DNA from: Schmidtea nova
Lineage: Eukaryota
Length of the DNA: 64,000 bases
Reading direction: 5' to 3'
Assembly (NCBI GenBank): GCA_044892505.1
Contig: CM097883.1
Coordinates: 422,344,001 to 422,408,000 of the forward strand
The notes beneath the pieces were generated by a model, which saw nothing but the letters and a program-made list of their open reading frames with translations, ran no database searches and was not told the DNA's origin. Below are positions 25,792-38,533 of the stretch, piece after piece (within the stretch, counting starts at the first letter, position 1; each line of letters starts with the position of its first letter). The position numbers were made by a program, and so were the translations under genes.

Positions 25792-25981
25792 CTAGGGGCT
25801 GATGGTGAACACCTCCATAAAATGATTAGTTATCGACTATGTACCGACGAAAATTCCTAGTCTCTTCGCGTTGGTAATGTACATATCGGCGCAGGTAGAG
25901 CGGACAGGTTAGCTGCTAACTTAGCAACTTATCCTTACTTGAACCCAATCGGTTCTCGGACCAATAGAAAGTTTTGCTTTC
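25792..25981 (+). repeat. Dispersed repeat Z, copy 1
   Basis: Collinear conserved blocks shared with 41061-41240. Confidence 0.6.
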
Positions 25982-26230
25982 CAACGTCTATACCCTTCTG
26001 TAACTTTCTTAACATGATGATCAGATTTATATAGAACTTAATACCAGATGACAATTTACAAAGACACGTAGACACAATTTTAATTAACAAGAACATGGAC
26101 TTCAGGTTTGTTACAGCGGAATGACCTCAGCCAGTGAGTCAAAAAATATCTCTTTTCCTCCGAGGGGTTAACAGGGAAATGGGGCTCCCTTCACCAAGTT
26201 CCTTTAAATGGATTATACACTGGTCATAAA

Positions 26231-27014
26231 TAAAACCTGCTAATCGCAAAAAGAAATCGACTGAACCTTCCAAAGATGATTTGTATGTGCCACATGTACA
26301 TCCCCCTTCCCTTACCACTTCAATTAACTTCGAATTTGCTTAATACTCGCCTAACCGTAGAGCTAAATAAGCTCCACTGGTACGGCTACCATCTTCGCAG
26401 CATTATATCACATAGGGCGCATCTACTAAAATTTATAAAAACAAATATAAGGGTAGGAAAAATAATATGAGGGTTTAACCAACAATAATAATAATAAGGC
26501 AATAAACAACGACTAAATTACTTTATTTAAATTCCAGAGGTGTCGGAAGGTTTGTGTGAATGGTTTGCTACAAAAATCATCGAAGTCCAATTTTAAAACT
26601 TATGTCCTCCATAATGATTTAGTGTCAGTATATATACTATTTTGATTCATGAATCAACTAATCAAAATTGGCCTACCACCAAATCCTACAGTAATTTACT
26701 GTTTATTTATTTTAATTTTATAATTTACATTTTAGATTTTTGCTCTCTGGGGCAAGGTTCAATTAATAAATCAATTACAATTACTATTATTTTCATTTGT
26801 AATAATCTTAATTTATTTATTCATGTAGAGCCTTGTCATTACCTTCTATCTCAGGCTTTCTCCTATTTTTCCAGCTTTTATAGCTTCATGGTTTGGCGAT
26901 TATTAAGTAAATTCGAAGTTAATTGAAGTGGGAAGGGAAGGGGATGTACATGTGACACATAAAAATAATTTTTTGAAGGTTTGGTCAATTTCTTTTTGCG
27001 ATTAGCAGGTTTTA
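26231..27014. mobile_element. Long-TIR non-autonomous element of unknown superfamily
   Basis: About 140-bp imperfect inverted repeats (26231-26372 vs about 26876-27014) starting TAAAACCTGCTAATCGCAAAAAGAAAT, with an AT-rich spacer of about 500 bp. Confidence 0.8.
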
Positions 27015-27850
27015 TAAAATCTATTTATTGTAGGTTCCTTATTTGGTGGATTATTTTAATTCATAGTATTTTGTTATATTTTTATTTATTTGTTTTAAGC
27101 AACTTTGGTCGACCCAACACTTATTAGCCCACACTGATTACCTGCATCGCAGCAAACTGGGATACCACAGCGAGTTAGCGACTCGGTAGGTCGGAAGGAT
27201 AAACAAAAACAAAAAATTTGATCAATTTATGCCTTCAACATTTTAGTGGCACATTGAGAATCAATTGAATTATTTATTTTCATCAATGAAGCAATAATAT
27301 AAAATAGACACCTGGGCAAGGACCGGTGCCAAAAAATAAATTAGAATAGGCAAAATATAAAACTGACGTACTCGGTATTGCTGATTTCATAAAATGATGG
27401 TCTATTTTGGTCAATTCGTAGGGCGTTTGTTATGAACATCTTCATAAATTGCTTTCACATGACGTCAAATGAAATTCTCCTCGGAATTATTTATTGGTTG
27501 ATGTGTAAATTTATAGTAACATTGTCGTGATTTTGGGAACTTGTTACATTTATGGACGCTTCTCCTGTGATTAGGAATCGATTTATCCTCCAAACTTGAG
27601 ACTTTATAAAATTTATTTCCGACGATCGAAATATCCGATGTATGATTGCTAGTTCTTCCGGAATACTCTCAGTGTGATTATTTAAATAGTAACTGATTGC
27701 AATCTCAAATTGACCCTGCATTCACTATTTATGCTTTTATTTTACAGGTTTGGTTTCTAATTTTGTTATTGATTGTGATTTACTATCGTCTCAATGTTTG
27801 GAATTTATTGTGATACTCCCGTGTAGCGATTCGTCTATATTCTTTACTGT

Positions 27851-28420
27851 GTGGATTACAAAGACATAGATAAGGAAAACATAGAGGAGTGGCTCAATCA
27901 TTATTTAAATGATCCAGGCTTTGAGCGCATGGACGATCCTGATATCGTTTCTCTTGTTACTCAAAAGGAAGAAAATGATAGTAATACTACAAGCGAAGAA
28001 GATACCAGTGGCTACATTAGTCATGAAACGGCATCGAATTGCATTGAAACATTGCTAGATTATGTTGAACAAAGGGGAACTGAATATAATAATGTAATAG
28101 CTTTAAGAATATTTCGAAGTGAAATAAGAAATTCGTTTAAAAAATCTCAAAAACAAATGAAAATAACAGATTTTTTTTTAATTTGTGTACATATAAAAGT
28201 ATAATGTGTGTTTATGTTCGTATATATGATAAAATATTATATTTTTACTTATTTGTTTGTGTTTTCTTGATAAATAATGAATATAAAAATAGTGTGTTAA
28301 AAATTTGTGTTGTGTATATGACATTATTTTCGAATATAAAATAAATTCTGATTATCCGTGTTTTTCAATAATCCGTGACCATCCTCTTTAGCATTACCCC
28401 GGATAATCGAGATTGCACTG
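27851..28420 (+). mobile_element. 3' remnant of a Tigger/jerky-like pogo element
   Basis: C-terminal remnant ENIEEWL..D...ISHETASNCIETLLDYVEQ...KQMKITDFF. Right terminus GGATAATCGAGATTGCACTG followed by TA. Left TIR not seen. Confidence 0.75.
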
Positions 28421-31254
28421 TATCCCATTCAATTGGTATGCGTTATATCACACAAATACGCAAATATCGTTCATATATTCATTTTATTCGCAAGATCATA
28501 CTCAAACCAATTATCACAACTCAATTAGGGGCACATTGCCACTGAAAAACACTCGCTATTTAACGATACTCGAAATTAATTCATCTACCCTAAGCGGAAA
28601 TTTCCCCCTAGGTATGGGTCTCACTGTACTAAAACGGTAAAATTTACTTTAATAAAAATTAATTTAAATTATGAAAGGTAAAATAAAATTTTAGATTTTA
28701 AGATTTTAAGATTTTGCCAAGTCGGTAGTCATTTACAATGGATTGTGATTTATAAATTTTGATGATTGGTTGATATCAGTATTTTCCTCCCCATCTAAAT
28801 TTTTATTATCAAAATATGGTATTTTTTGGAATGCTTTTACTAGATTTAATTATTCAACTCTGATTTAATTATCGTATTTAGAGTTTATTATTATCGATTC
28901 TTCTCCTAAATCTCTATTTTAGAATTTCTGGAATTTATATTCCCATGTCAATATTTTGAGTAAGCGTTTTTTTCTTTTTAATTCTATTTTATTCTCTCGA
29001 TTTATTTAGATGGTTATGATTTCTTGGCTCGGTCATAGTAATTCCAAGAGATTATGAAGGCGTTTTTTCAAACAGTCGGAATTCTTCAATTCAGTCACTT
29101 TTCTTTGAAGTGACAAATATCTCTTCATCAATGGATCACAAATTCAACACTGCGAGCAAAAATGATGCAACGAATGACACCGCTGTCACTTTTGGGATCT
29201 TCCCCTGTTGAGGAAAATTTCTCTTTATTGGATTTACAAATTTCCAGTCGTGAATTTCATTTTTATCTAACCTGTACAATTTTGAATTAGAAAAAAATTG
29301 ATTGGTGGTGAATGGGTGTTTTTTTGCGTAATTCGGCTTCCTATCCTGATTTCAAGGTTCAGCCTATTATGGGATTTTATTTAAGAACAAGTCTGACGTT
29401 CGAACTCGGGTTTGATGCTGTGCAATTGTAGTTAAATAAATTCAGCTTCGTGTCGCCCTTTTGGTGGTATCTTATTATTTTAATGATTTATACATATATT
29501 CGTATTGTAACTCTTGTACGTGAAATTTTCCAATTGATATTTCTAAATATGCTATAATATAAAAAAATTATGAAGGTAAACTAAATATAAATTGGTTAAA
29601 TTTTATGTTGGGGCAAAAAAGGTTTAAACGCTTAATAAACCTCCTTTCACTAAATACTAATAATAACTTCTATATTATGAAGGGTTTTGGAAAAAATTGA
29701 ATTGTATGATGATACGGATCACAATCTGAATGGTTTTTAAGAGTTATGCTAGGTTGGAGAATTTTGAATGTGATAAGCTAAAGTATGGGATGTTATTTGC
29801 TGATGTTATTTATATGAATGGATGAATATTTATGGGAATTTACTGAGTGAGGTGATTGATGAATAGATTTTTGTATAGATACTCTGGATGTAGTATTCTG
29901 TCAAAAAAAATGTAAGACTTTGAATTGTATAATATGTATATCATTTTTAGTATTAAAATAAAATATAAATATTATTATTTATATTTTATTGAAAAAATTA
30001 AAAATCCAGGCATCAAAACCTTTCAGAAGCATAAAGACAGTCATAAAGAACAGTCATGCCCTCAAGAAGGAATGATTGTCATCGAATGAAAAGAAAATCA
30101 TGGAAATATTAAGAAATTAAAACAACAAGAGGTATAAATTCAACAATCAAAATCTGTAATATGGAAAAAGAAATATCTACAGACCTTTAGATATTCAAAA
30201 AGATATTTCGTTAACATCCTTAACATTGACAAAGTGATATTCAACATATCTCTACTGTATATTGAGAATACATTTAAATAATCGACTAATTGCAATTGGA
30301 TTACGATTTCAGTATGTCACATTTCACTGGGAATGTTGACGTACCCAAAGAGTTGGCTATATCAATACATAACCTTGCAAAGAAACCTAAGGTGAGGGAA
30401 TTTGACAGAAACCTTTGAATATCCTTACGACTCCGACAAACAAATATTCATTCACGAACTAGGATATCCAAACGCTTTTCAACTGATTTCAGTTATTTTT
30501 CGAAAAAGACGATAATTAAGTTTGGAAATGGCTACAAATTTCATGGAAATTAATGAAACTAAAGATAACAAATATTAATGTTAATGAAGCAAAAGACTCA
30601 ATTAACTATAATCGTTTGAAATTCAAATGGCTAGCCATCGGATTCAGATTAATAATGAATACATGTCTAGGTGCACGCCCAATTATTCACATAGCCCAAA
30701 ATAAAAAAACATAAATAATCACTTAAGAAAATAATGTAATTAAAAATATCAGAAATCATAAATATTATAGAAATATACCGCTAAAAAGAACAACCCTTTG
30801 ATCTCAGTAATATTACATACGAATATAATTATATTTCAAACAACATGTTAAATTGTTATTAGATAATAAGAACATAATATAGCTAGCTTACTTTCAAAAG
30901 ACTGTATGCTGTGAAATTGCAACAAATTATAATATTAAATTGAATATCTAATCTGAACATGCCGGAAATAATAAATAATAACAAAATTCTATCTCACGCT
31001 GTTAATTATATTATGTGATAAATATTAATGAAATTGCATTAATGTTACCCCTGTAGTTAGTAAAATACTTTCGAAAATCCTAGATGAGAAAATAAATATC
31101 AATATTAATACAAATGCAAATATTATTTCGAAGAAAGAAATTTTAAATTATAAGATTAATAAAACAAATACAAATAGTATTAGTATTATTTCGACAATTT
31201 TAAATGATGATAATAATAATAAATGATAATATAAATATAAATGATAGTATAAAT

Positions 31255-33590
31255 GATAATATAAATAATGATTGAAGTGTTGGCAAAAATAATATATTGC
31301 CAGCAGCTCTTTTCTTGTTATGCAATATCCCTTTTCATGATTGTTCATTGCATGAGAGCCGTATGCTATTACCTTTTCATAACCGTTGCCATTTTTCTGT
31401 GATAATACAGCTCCAATCGTGTCAAAATTAGCATCTGTATCTAGAATGAATTCTCTTTTAAAATCCGGGAATCTTAGGACAGGTGAGGACATTAAAGTAT
31501 CTTTCATATTTTCAAAAGCGACGCTGCAAGCATCAGTCCAAATCAGATTTTTGTTGTTAAACCCACATAATTCTTCTAAAACCCTAGCCTTTTTTTGCAT
31601 ATTCCTTTAAAAATCTTCTAAAGTAATTACATATTCCTAAGAAGCTTCTCAGACTTTTTAGTCTTTCAAATGATTTGATAGCATCCAGCTTTGATGGGTC
31701 CATCGGTATGCCATCTTTATTAATGATGTGGCTTAAATATTTGACTTCCTTTTTCAGAATTTGATACTTTTCGGGGTTTATCCGCAGACCTGCTTTTCCA
31801 ATCTTGTTCAAAACCTCATTTAAGACTTCATAGTGCTGATTAATTGTCTCTGTAAATACCAAAATATCGTCTAGATATACTGCAGCACATCGCATACTCA
31901 TTAATACTTTTCTCATTAGATTTAGAACGTAATGGCGATGCTGCTGTTCCAAATGGCATTTTGTTTAAATCAGTATTGGTCTGACTTTGTTGAAAATGCT
32001 GTTTTTAACTTTTATTCGTCTTCTAGTTCTACCTGATAATATGAATTTTCAAGATCTACTAAACTAAATTACTTTGCTCCACCCAATTTAATTAACATCT
32101 CTGCTATATTCGGTATAGGAAATGCCTGTTTCTCTGTTACAAGGTTTAATTTCCTGAAGTCAAAGCATAATCTGATATCTTGGTTTACTTTATTCCAAAT
32201 ACATATTAATGATGTATTCCATGGCGAATTACATTTTTTGATGATCTTGTTCTCCCAGAAATTTTACATTGCTTCATCTATTTTTCTTCCAAGTTGACAG
32301 GCTGTCTCCATGGTTTAATATTAATCGGGCTTCCTTTCGTTTCTATTTTATGCTTCAACAACTTTGTGCAGTCGATGTCCCATTTGTCAGCCATGAAAAC
32401 ATTTTGGTTCTTCTTTATAATGTTTAATAATATTAGATTATCAATATTTAACTTATTTTTTGCTCTTTGAAATCGCTCAGTCCTTGCTATAGTCTTCCCG
32501 AATTTCGCTTCAATATTGCATATATAATGTTCTTTCATTATTTCAGCATATTTTATTGGCCACTTGAGCTGTATACCAAATTACTTTTGCAACTCTATAT
32601 CCATTTTTTATGAATCTGTTTACTTTACACATCACATTCTTATCATATTTAATTACATCTGTCTCCTTCACATCTTTATCTATAATACAAGATATTCTAC
32701 TTTATTTATAATAATCAATTATTTGGGAGTCCACGTCCAACTCATCTTCTGTCGGGACGTTAACTTTTTGGTATTCTCGATAATTGTCTTCTATTCTTTC
32801 GTCAACTGGTTCTTCTAAGTATGCTATGTATCTCGTGTTTGCTTGTCTCATCTCATCTTTCGTTTCTTGATAACCATTAAATATTTTGTATCGCCCTTGT
32901 TGCCTGCTAAAGTTCTCATTGATTCTCCTATATCTCATTCTCTCCAAATTTGTGTAACAATCTGCTTCTTTATTACCCCGAAAGCTACATCTCTTGCTCC
33001 TTATTTTTTGACAATCTCTTCTAAAGTGCCCTGGAGTGTCACCTGCATAACATATGACTACCTTTTTTTAGCACCTGTGGACACTGAATTTTTACATGCC
33101 CATGTCTTCCGCATGCAAAACATGTAACTACCTTCCTTGATGTGCAATCTCTGCCTAAATGTCCTACCTTGTGACATGTCTCATATTAGGACTTACTTTT
33201 CTATATTCTTTCAGCTCGTTATTATATCTTGTTGAACCCAGATTTATTAGTTGGTTTGTAACCACATTACTACCGTCCTCTACCAAAGTTGTTTTTTTGA
33301 TAAATTCCATCCGCAATCTTTCTTTATAGCATTTAATGCTCGGGTCAACTCCTGTGTATAGGTTTCTTATCTCTTTGTCTATCAATAATTCGACCATCAC
33401 TTCTTGTCTTGACACGGGCATCTACACTACTTTCAAAATAGTTTTCACATTCTTTGATGAATGCCTCGACATTATCCCTTCTATGAAAATCTCCCGTCAT
33501 ATTAGATGTTACGAAAACATCTTCTAAGTTGTTTGAACAAACATTTTCATTAACTGAATTCATATTCCAAAATTTATTAAATATCACAGT
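31255..33590 (-). pseudogene. Ty3/gypsy gag-pol remnant (gag, zinc knuckles, RT, RNase H; truncated)
   Basis: gag AFIKECENYF. CCHC knuckles (CFACGRHGHVKIQC and neighbours, about 32985-33165). KGSPINIKPWRQP, YLDDILVF (RT) and FILDTDAN..IGAVLSQ..IAYGS..ELLAI (RNase H). Many frameshifts. Confidence 0.92.
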
Positions 33591-33924
33591 ATTGTTTAAT
33601 ATTTAAACAAATTTTCGGCATTGAATCAAACAATCTCAAAACAATTTGTCAGAAGAATTCAATATCAAAAATACAAATTGAATTAATCTTTTTAAATTAT
33701 ATTTTAAAATTTCAAACTTATTTATAATTACCATTATTTATCTAACTTTAAAATATTTATCCAAGGATTTAATAATTAAAATTTAAAAAGATTAATTATT
33801 CTTTTAATTGCTTTATAATAAAAACTTATTTTTATTTTTAATTTTAATTTCAAGTTCAAATTCTTTTTTAACTATTCTGACAAATTATCCGAAATATTTA
33901 ACTCTCTGCAGAAAACACTTCAAA

Positions 33925-34130
33925 GTCAATATGACCTTTACGTTGCTATGGCTCACATCAACAACTCAACACATAAAACATTAGTCAAAACCATCTTGTT
34001 GACCGTCACATTGTAACGTTGGTAATGCAAAAAATTGGTAGAGGTCCACAAACAGTGAGCGTCGAATAATTGAAACTATGAATGACCGAACATCACAGTG
34101 GGTTCAATGGCGAACGATAGAAGGTTCAAT
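33925..34130 (-). repeat. Dispersed repeat W, copy 2
   Basis: Reverse complement aligns with 24882-25084. Confidence 0.85.
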
Positions 34131-35631
34131 GTCCGTTTTCCGTCCCTTACTTTAATTATTATGCCTAAATTGTAATGTGTTTAGAAATAAATTAATCTCA
34201 ACGGTCCATTGGAATATATTATGAATATAAGTGCAAACAAATATTTATATTATATTAAAATATGATAAATGAAAACAATTTGTACACAAAGCTTTACATT
34301 TACATTATAGTGATATTTACATAGGTTAAAACACAATTGTTGCAGTTCACAGGATTGTTAGATTCAGTTCTTACGTAGACGACTTCCGGATATGCACCAG
34401 CACGCGGGTTTCTTGTCGTCATTTGCACCGAGCTCGGACTCCTTTGCTTGGCTTCCATTTTTTGACTTGTCCAATACTGTGACTGTTGCATTTTCTTCTC
34501 TCGCTCGAACCGGAAACAATTCAAGCGATGGGAGGGTTGTCTTTGGCAACATGGCCGATATAATCCCTGTGTCGGTCTGCATCTGTGCGATCTCCGCCTC
34601 CCTTTCCTTGATTAAGCAATGTTTAAAATAATAATTTTTTAATTACTAAACAAAGACTTTGAGTATTTGAGATTTGAGTATGTAAACCCAAGTAAAACAA
34701 AGAAGAAGACGACAATTTGAAGTCCAGAATTTGACTTGTAACAAGTGCGCAAAAGATTGAGAAGTAAAATAAAGTGGACGATACACTATTGAACGAAAAC
34801 TAGACAAGAATTATATTTTATTTGACGATAATTTGAAGTGAAGAAAACTGAGTTGTGATAAAAGATTATCACTTGAGAAAATAGAAATCATTGCAGAAAT
34901 GACGACATAAGAGGATTATTATTCACAGCAAGTTTTATTTGGATCTATCGAAAGATAAACTATTTAGTGTTCGTGGAAATAACGATTATTCTAAAATCGT
35001 CTGATACAGAGTAATTTTTTTTGAAAAAAGAAAAGTAAAAAGGGATTTATCTAAAGTGACGGTTAATTACTTCTAAAGTATTATGCGTTTTCTCAGTAAA
35101 TAAACTAAATAATTAATAGTTTCAATTTTAAGAAGTAGAGGGAAACAATTACCGTTTCACCACTACTCGGGTAGCTCCAAAATCACATTCTTGTTTGCCC
35201 TAATTCTCTATTTACGATAGTTGTGCTACTCAGGTGCTAACTATTTCTTGCAGACTAGTAAAAACAGCAGGGATCAGTGTATCCATATCTTTGAATCTTT
35301 TTAAATAGGAAACACAATTGAAGATTTTGTAAATTTGATTATTCATTAAAAATTAGAAAAAGTAATTGTCTTTGTGTTCATTTATTTATAAGAACTAGCA
35401 ACCGACTAAATATAAATTATAATAATACATATTATTATTATTTATAAAAAACAGTTTTATTTATAATTGGAGTCAGCTGTGTTAAAATTATCAATCCCCA
35501 CTTTTGATCTTAACATATATAGTTTTTCCTTTTTTAGACACAACTATAAAATGTTATTTTAAATCAACGAAAATTATTTTGCTTTATTAAAATATAATTT
35601 TTTTAGTCATACTACTATATATCAGGTGCTT

Positions 35632-35844
35632 GTCAGAAATTAATGGGACGATGTCATAAAATGATGAGATGTTGTCAGAAATTGATGGAACGATGTCAAA
35701 AATTGATGAGACGATGTCAGATTGGGATGAGACGATGTCAGATTGGGATGAGACGATGTCAGATTGGGATGAGACGATGTCAGATTGGGATGAGACGATG
35801 TCAGATTCGGATGAAACGATGTCAGATTGGAGTGGGAAACCCTG
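35632..35844. repeat. 21-bp minisatellite ending in a hAT-like terminus
   Basis: About 9 units of GATGAGACGATGTCAGATTGG, with the core units identical. Ends GGAGTGGGAAACCCTG (CAGGGTTTCCC on the minus strand). Confidence 0.85.
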
Positions 35845-36185
35845 TAATTTTATAACAGTTTAAAATAATAAATACATTATTTATATTATTCTTTATTTCA
35901 ATTTGTAATATTAAATTTGTTTAATTATTATCATATAAATTTGTTTTATCAATATTATAATTTAAAATTTGTTTTTTATAATATTATTTGCCCTTGCCTT
36001 TGTATTAATATTTGTAATTGTTTTTCATCTAATATTTTAGAAAGTTTTTCGCCTATTGCAGCAATAGAATAGCAGAGGTAAGGTTTAAAATATTTGTCCT
36101 TTAACTAACAGTTAAAGTAAGAATTTTGTTAATTATTAATATATATATATATTTATACACACGTTCGTATCTATAAAGAACTACT

Positions 36186-36374
36186 TCCTTGCATGACGAC
36201 GACGAGGTCAAGGAGCTGGGTCTTTTTTTCTATCTGATATCTGGGGTTGCTGTCAAGCTGACTTGGACAATACGATTTTTGGACGAAATCATTTTGTCCA
36301 AAAGTCAACTTGATAGCAATCCCAGATATCAGATAGAAAAAAAGACCCAGATCCTCGTCGTCGTCTTGCAAGGA
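36186..36374. repeat. Near-perfect 189-bp inverted repeat (hairpin) of MULE-derived sequence
   Basis: Arms 36186-36270 and 36294-36374 match at 74 of 79 aligned bases, with one 6-nt and one 2-nt indel and a 23-nt loop. Confidence 0.95.
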
Positions 36375-36437
36375 TACGGACCTTATCGTTGGTTGGAACG
36401 TAGATTAGAGCGACTAGCACCAGGATGTGCATAGCAT

Positions 36438-38095
36438 GGCTGTAAGTTTTCTTCACCGATGGTGAAGAAAAAGTAATCTTCACCGAAACATTATTAAAAT
36501 AAAAATGTAAATAAAAATTAAACAAAAATCAGATTTAAATATTCTTCACCGATTTTTTGTGTAAAAATATAAACAATAAACAATATTAATTATTTAATGG
36601 AAATCTAAAGCTAAGTACTATGTCCTTTAAATATTCAACGTCATAATATTCCGAAAAAAATTCCATGACATATGAAAGTTCTGTTTTTGTTTCGTTTCTT
36701 TATTGGCATATTTCTTAGTCCAATATTCTTTCATAGAATCACTTATTTTTTTTGAATTAAATTGATGCTCAATAATCAAGTTTTTACCAAAATCTTCTAA
36801 ATTTGAATTTATGGTATTACATACAGAATTAAGGTGTCTGGTAGCCTTCCAAACTATTAGTTGTTCTTGGTAAATTATCCAAACTTCTTTCATAGACAGA
36901 CCAAAATCTAGGATTATGGTTTGTATTTACAATAACATCAACAAAACAACGTTCAAACCATTCCAAAATGAAGTGTGTATTTTTGAATGCATTCTCTCTT
37001 TGAAAGTATGATTTTAATTTCAGCATATAATTTGATTTTTTCTGCCGGAACAAAAGCCATAAAAATAGCTGATTATCCATGTAAAGGTTTTTCAATTCAC
37101 AGGATAATAATTTCCTCCAAACAATTTGGCTTAAGTGAAATAAACATCCTCTTAAAAAGGATGTAGTAAATATTGATTTCAACGAACTATATAATCCAGC
37201 CTCAAAGTCTATAATTATCCATTTTGGATATCTTAATTGAAATTGATCCATTAATATTTTAAAACATCTAGAATATTCGATGACGTCTTTTCTTGATAAT
37301 AAAACTGTTATAAGTGGTACGAAAGTATCTTTTATCATGTAATGACCCAAACCAAACTATTGTCGGACTCAGTTGTAAATATAATAAGCCTTCTTTCATC
37401 TTGATGACCCGAAATATACTGTAAAAACTTGACACCTTTATTTGTATATTTGATATTCTCGGATATACCATGTTCATCTTTATTTGTAAAATTATTGATC
37501 TTTCTCTGTTTTCGAATTCTTTCTGCCATGTATGTAGAAGAATACGAAAAATCTTCCGCAGTTTTATTTTCTCTCATTATAATCCCGCTTATGTCTCTTG
37601 GTTTTTCAGCGGTCTTTAATGATCTTTCAATCATTGAATCCAAAATTTGTTTGTTTTGAATTGCTTTGGTATTGCTCAGGTGATCTTTATGTTTCGGTTC
37701 CGTTATCAAGATATAGTTGACGGTCGTTTTAAGATTGGCATTGCACCCGCGTTTGTTACATCTCCAAACGAAAACGTCTGAATAGAGTTCTTTGAAATTG
37801 TACTCAAATCCATTATATACTAGTTTTTTGCCTCTTTGGCTCAGCGTTATATTACGTTTTAGATCCATTTGGACTTTGTCACTTACTGTCTTGTCAGTCT
37901 TGTTCTCGTTTTCGTTTTCGGAATTCATTAATGGGTCAATCTAAAATTACAAAGAAATGGTAGTTTTCGTAATTTTAAGTATTTTTAGTACCAACATTGT
38001 GGTTAATAACACTTTAGAATAATTTTAAACAATACTACTTAATTATTTATTGATTTATTATTTAAATAATTTTTTGGTGAAGAAAATTTCTAACG
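36438..38095 (-). mobile_element. MULE-A: Mutator-like element with frameshifted transposase
   Basis: Perfect 9-bp TSD GCATAGCAT (36429-36437, 38096-38104). 20-bp imperfect TIRs ending TTTTCTTCACC. FLYWCH-like SQRGKKLVYNGFEY..WRC...C, IIIDFEAG, GCLFHLSQ and PRTTNSLEGY in three ORF pieces. Confidence 0.9.
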
Positions 38096-38533
38096 GCATA
38101 GCATATTTAGGATAGGTGTTGTATCGTCCAACGTATCCATACACTTGAACCTTGCACCAAATGTACTGTCCGTAGTGAAATGGCAGCGTAAATTTGTGGA
38201 TTGAAGATACTGGTGAACGCATAAATTGAAGCATGTTCGAAATCATTGATGACGGTTTGTGGTTGCAATCTCGGTTTGATCTCTGTTAACTTCGTTGACA
38301 GTGCAGTGTAGGTTGCTTCCAATTTATTCGATTGTAAATCAAAGACACATGTAACTTTGACTTCATTACGGGTTCCATAAATGGTATAAAGTTGAGTATA
38401 TTCAGCTGCATTGACCTTTAAAGTTCCGTCGACAAACCATACTCTGCAACTGCTAAGGAATTGAAGATCTTCGTCGACTGCGAACAGTAGGAAGTTGATA
38501 TCATGACGTAGGAAAGGTTGACTATTCAATGTA

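Noticed and set aside
35632-35844. CRISPR-like array
   Set aside because: Units are contiguous tandem repeats without unique spacers, there are no cas genes and the context is eukaryotic.
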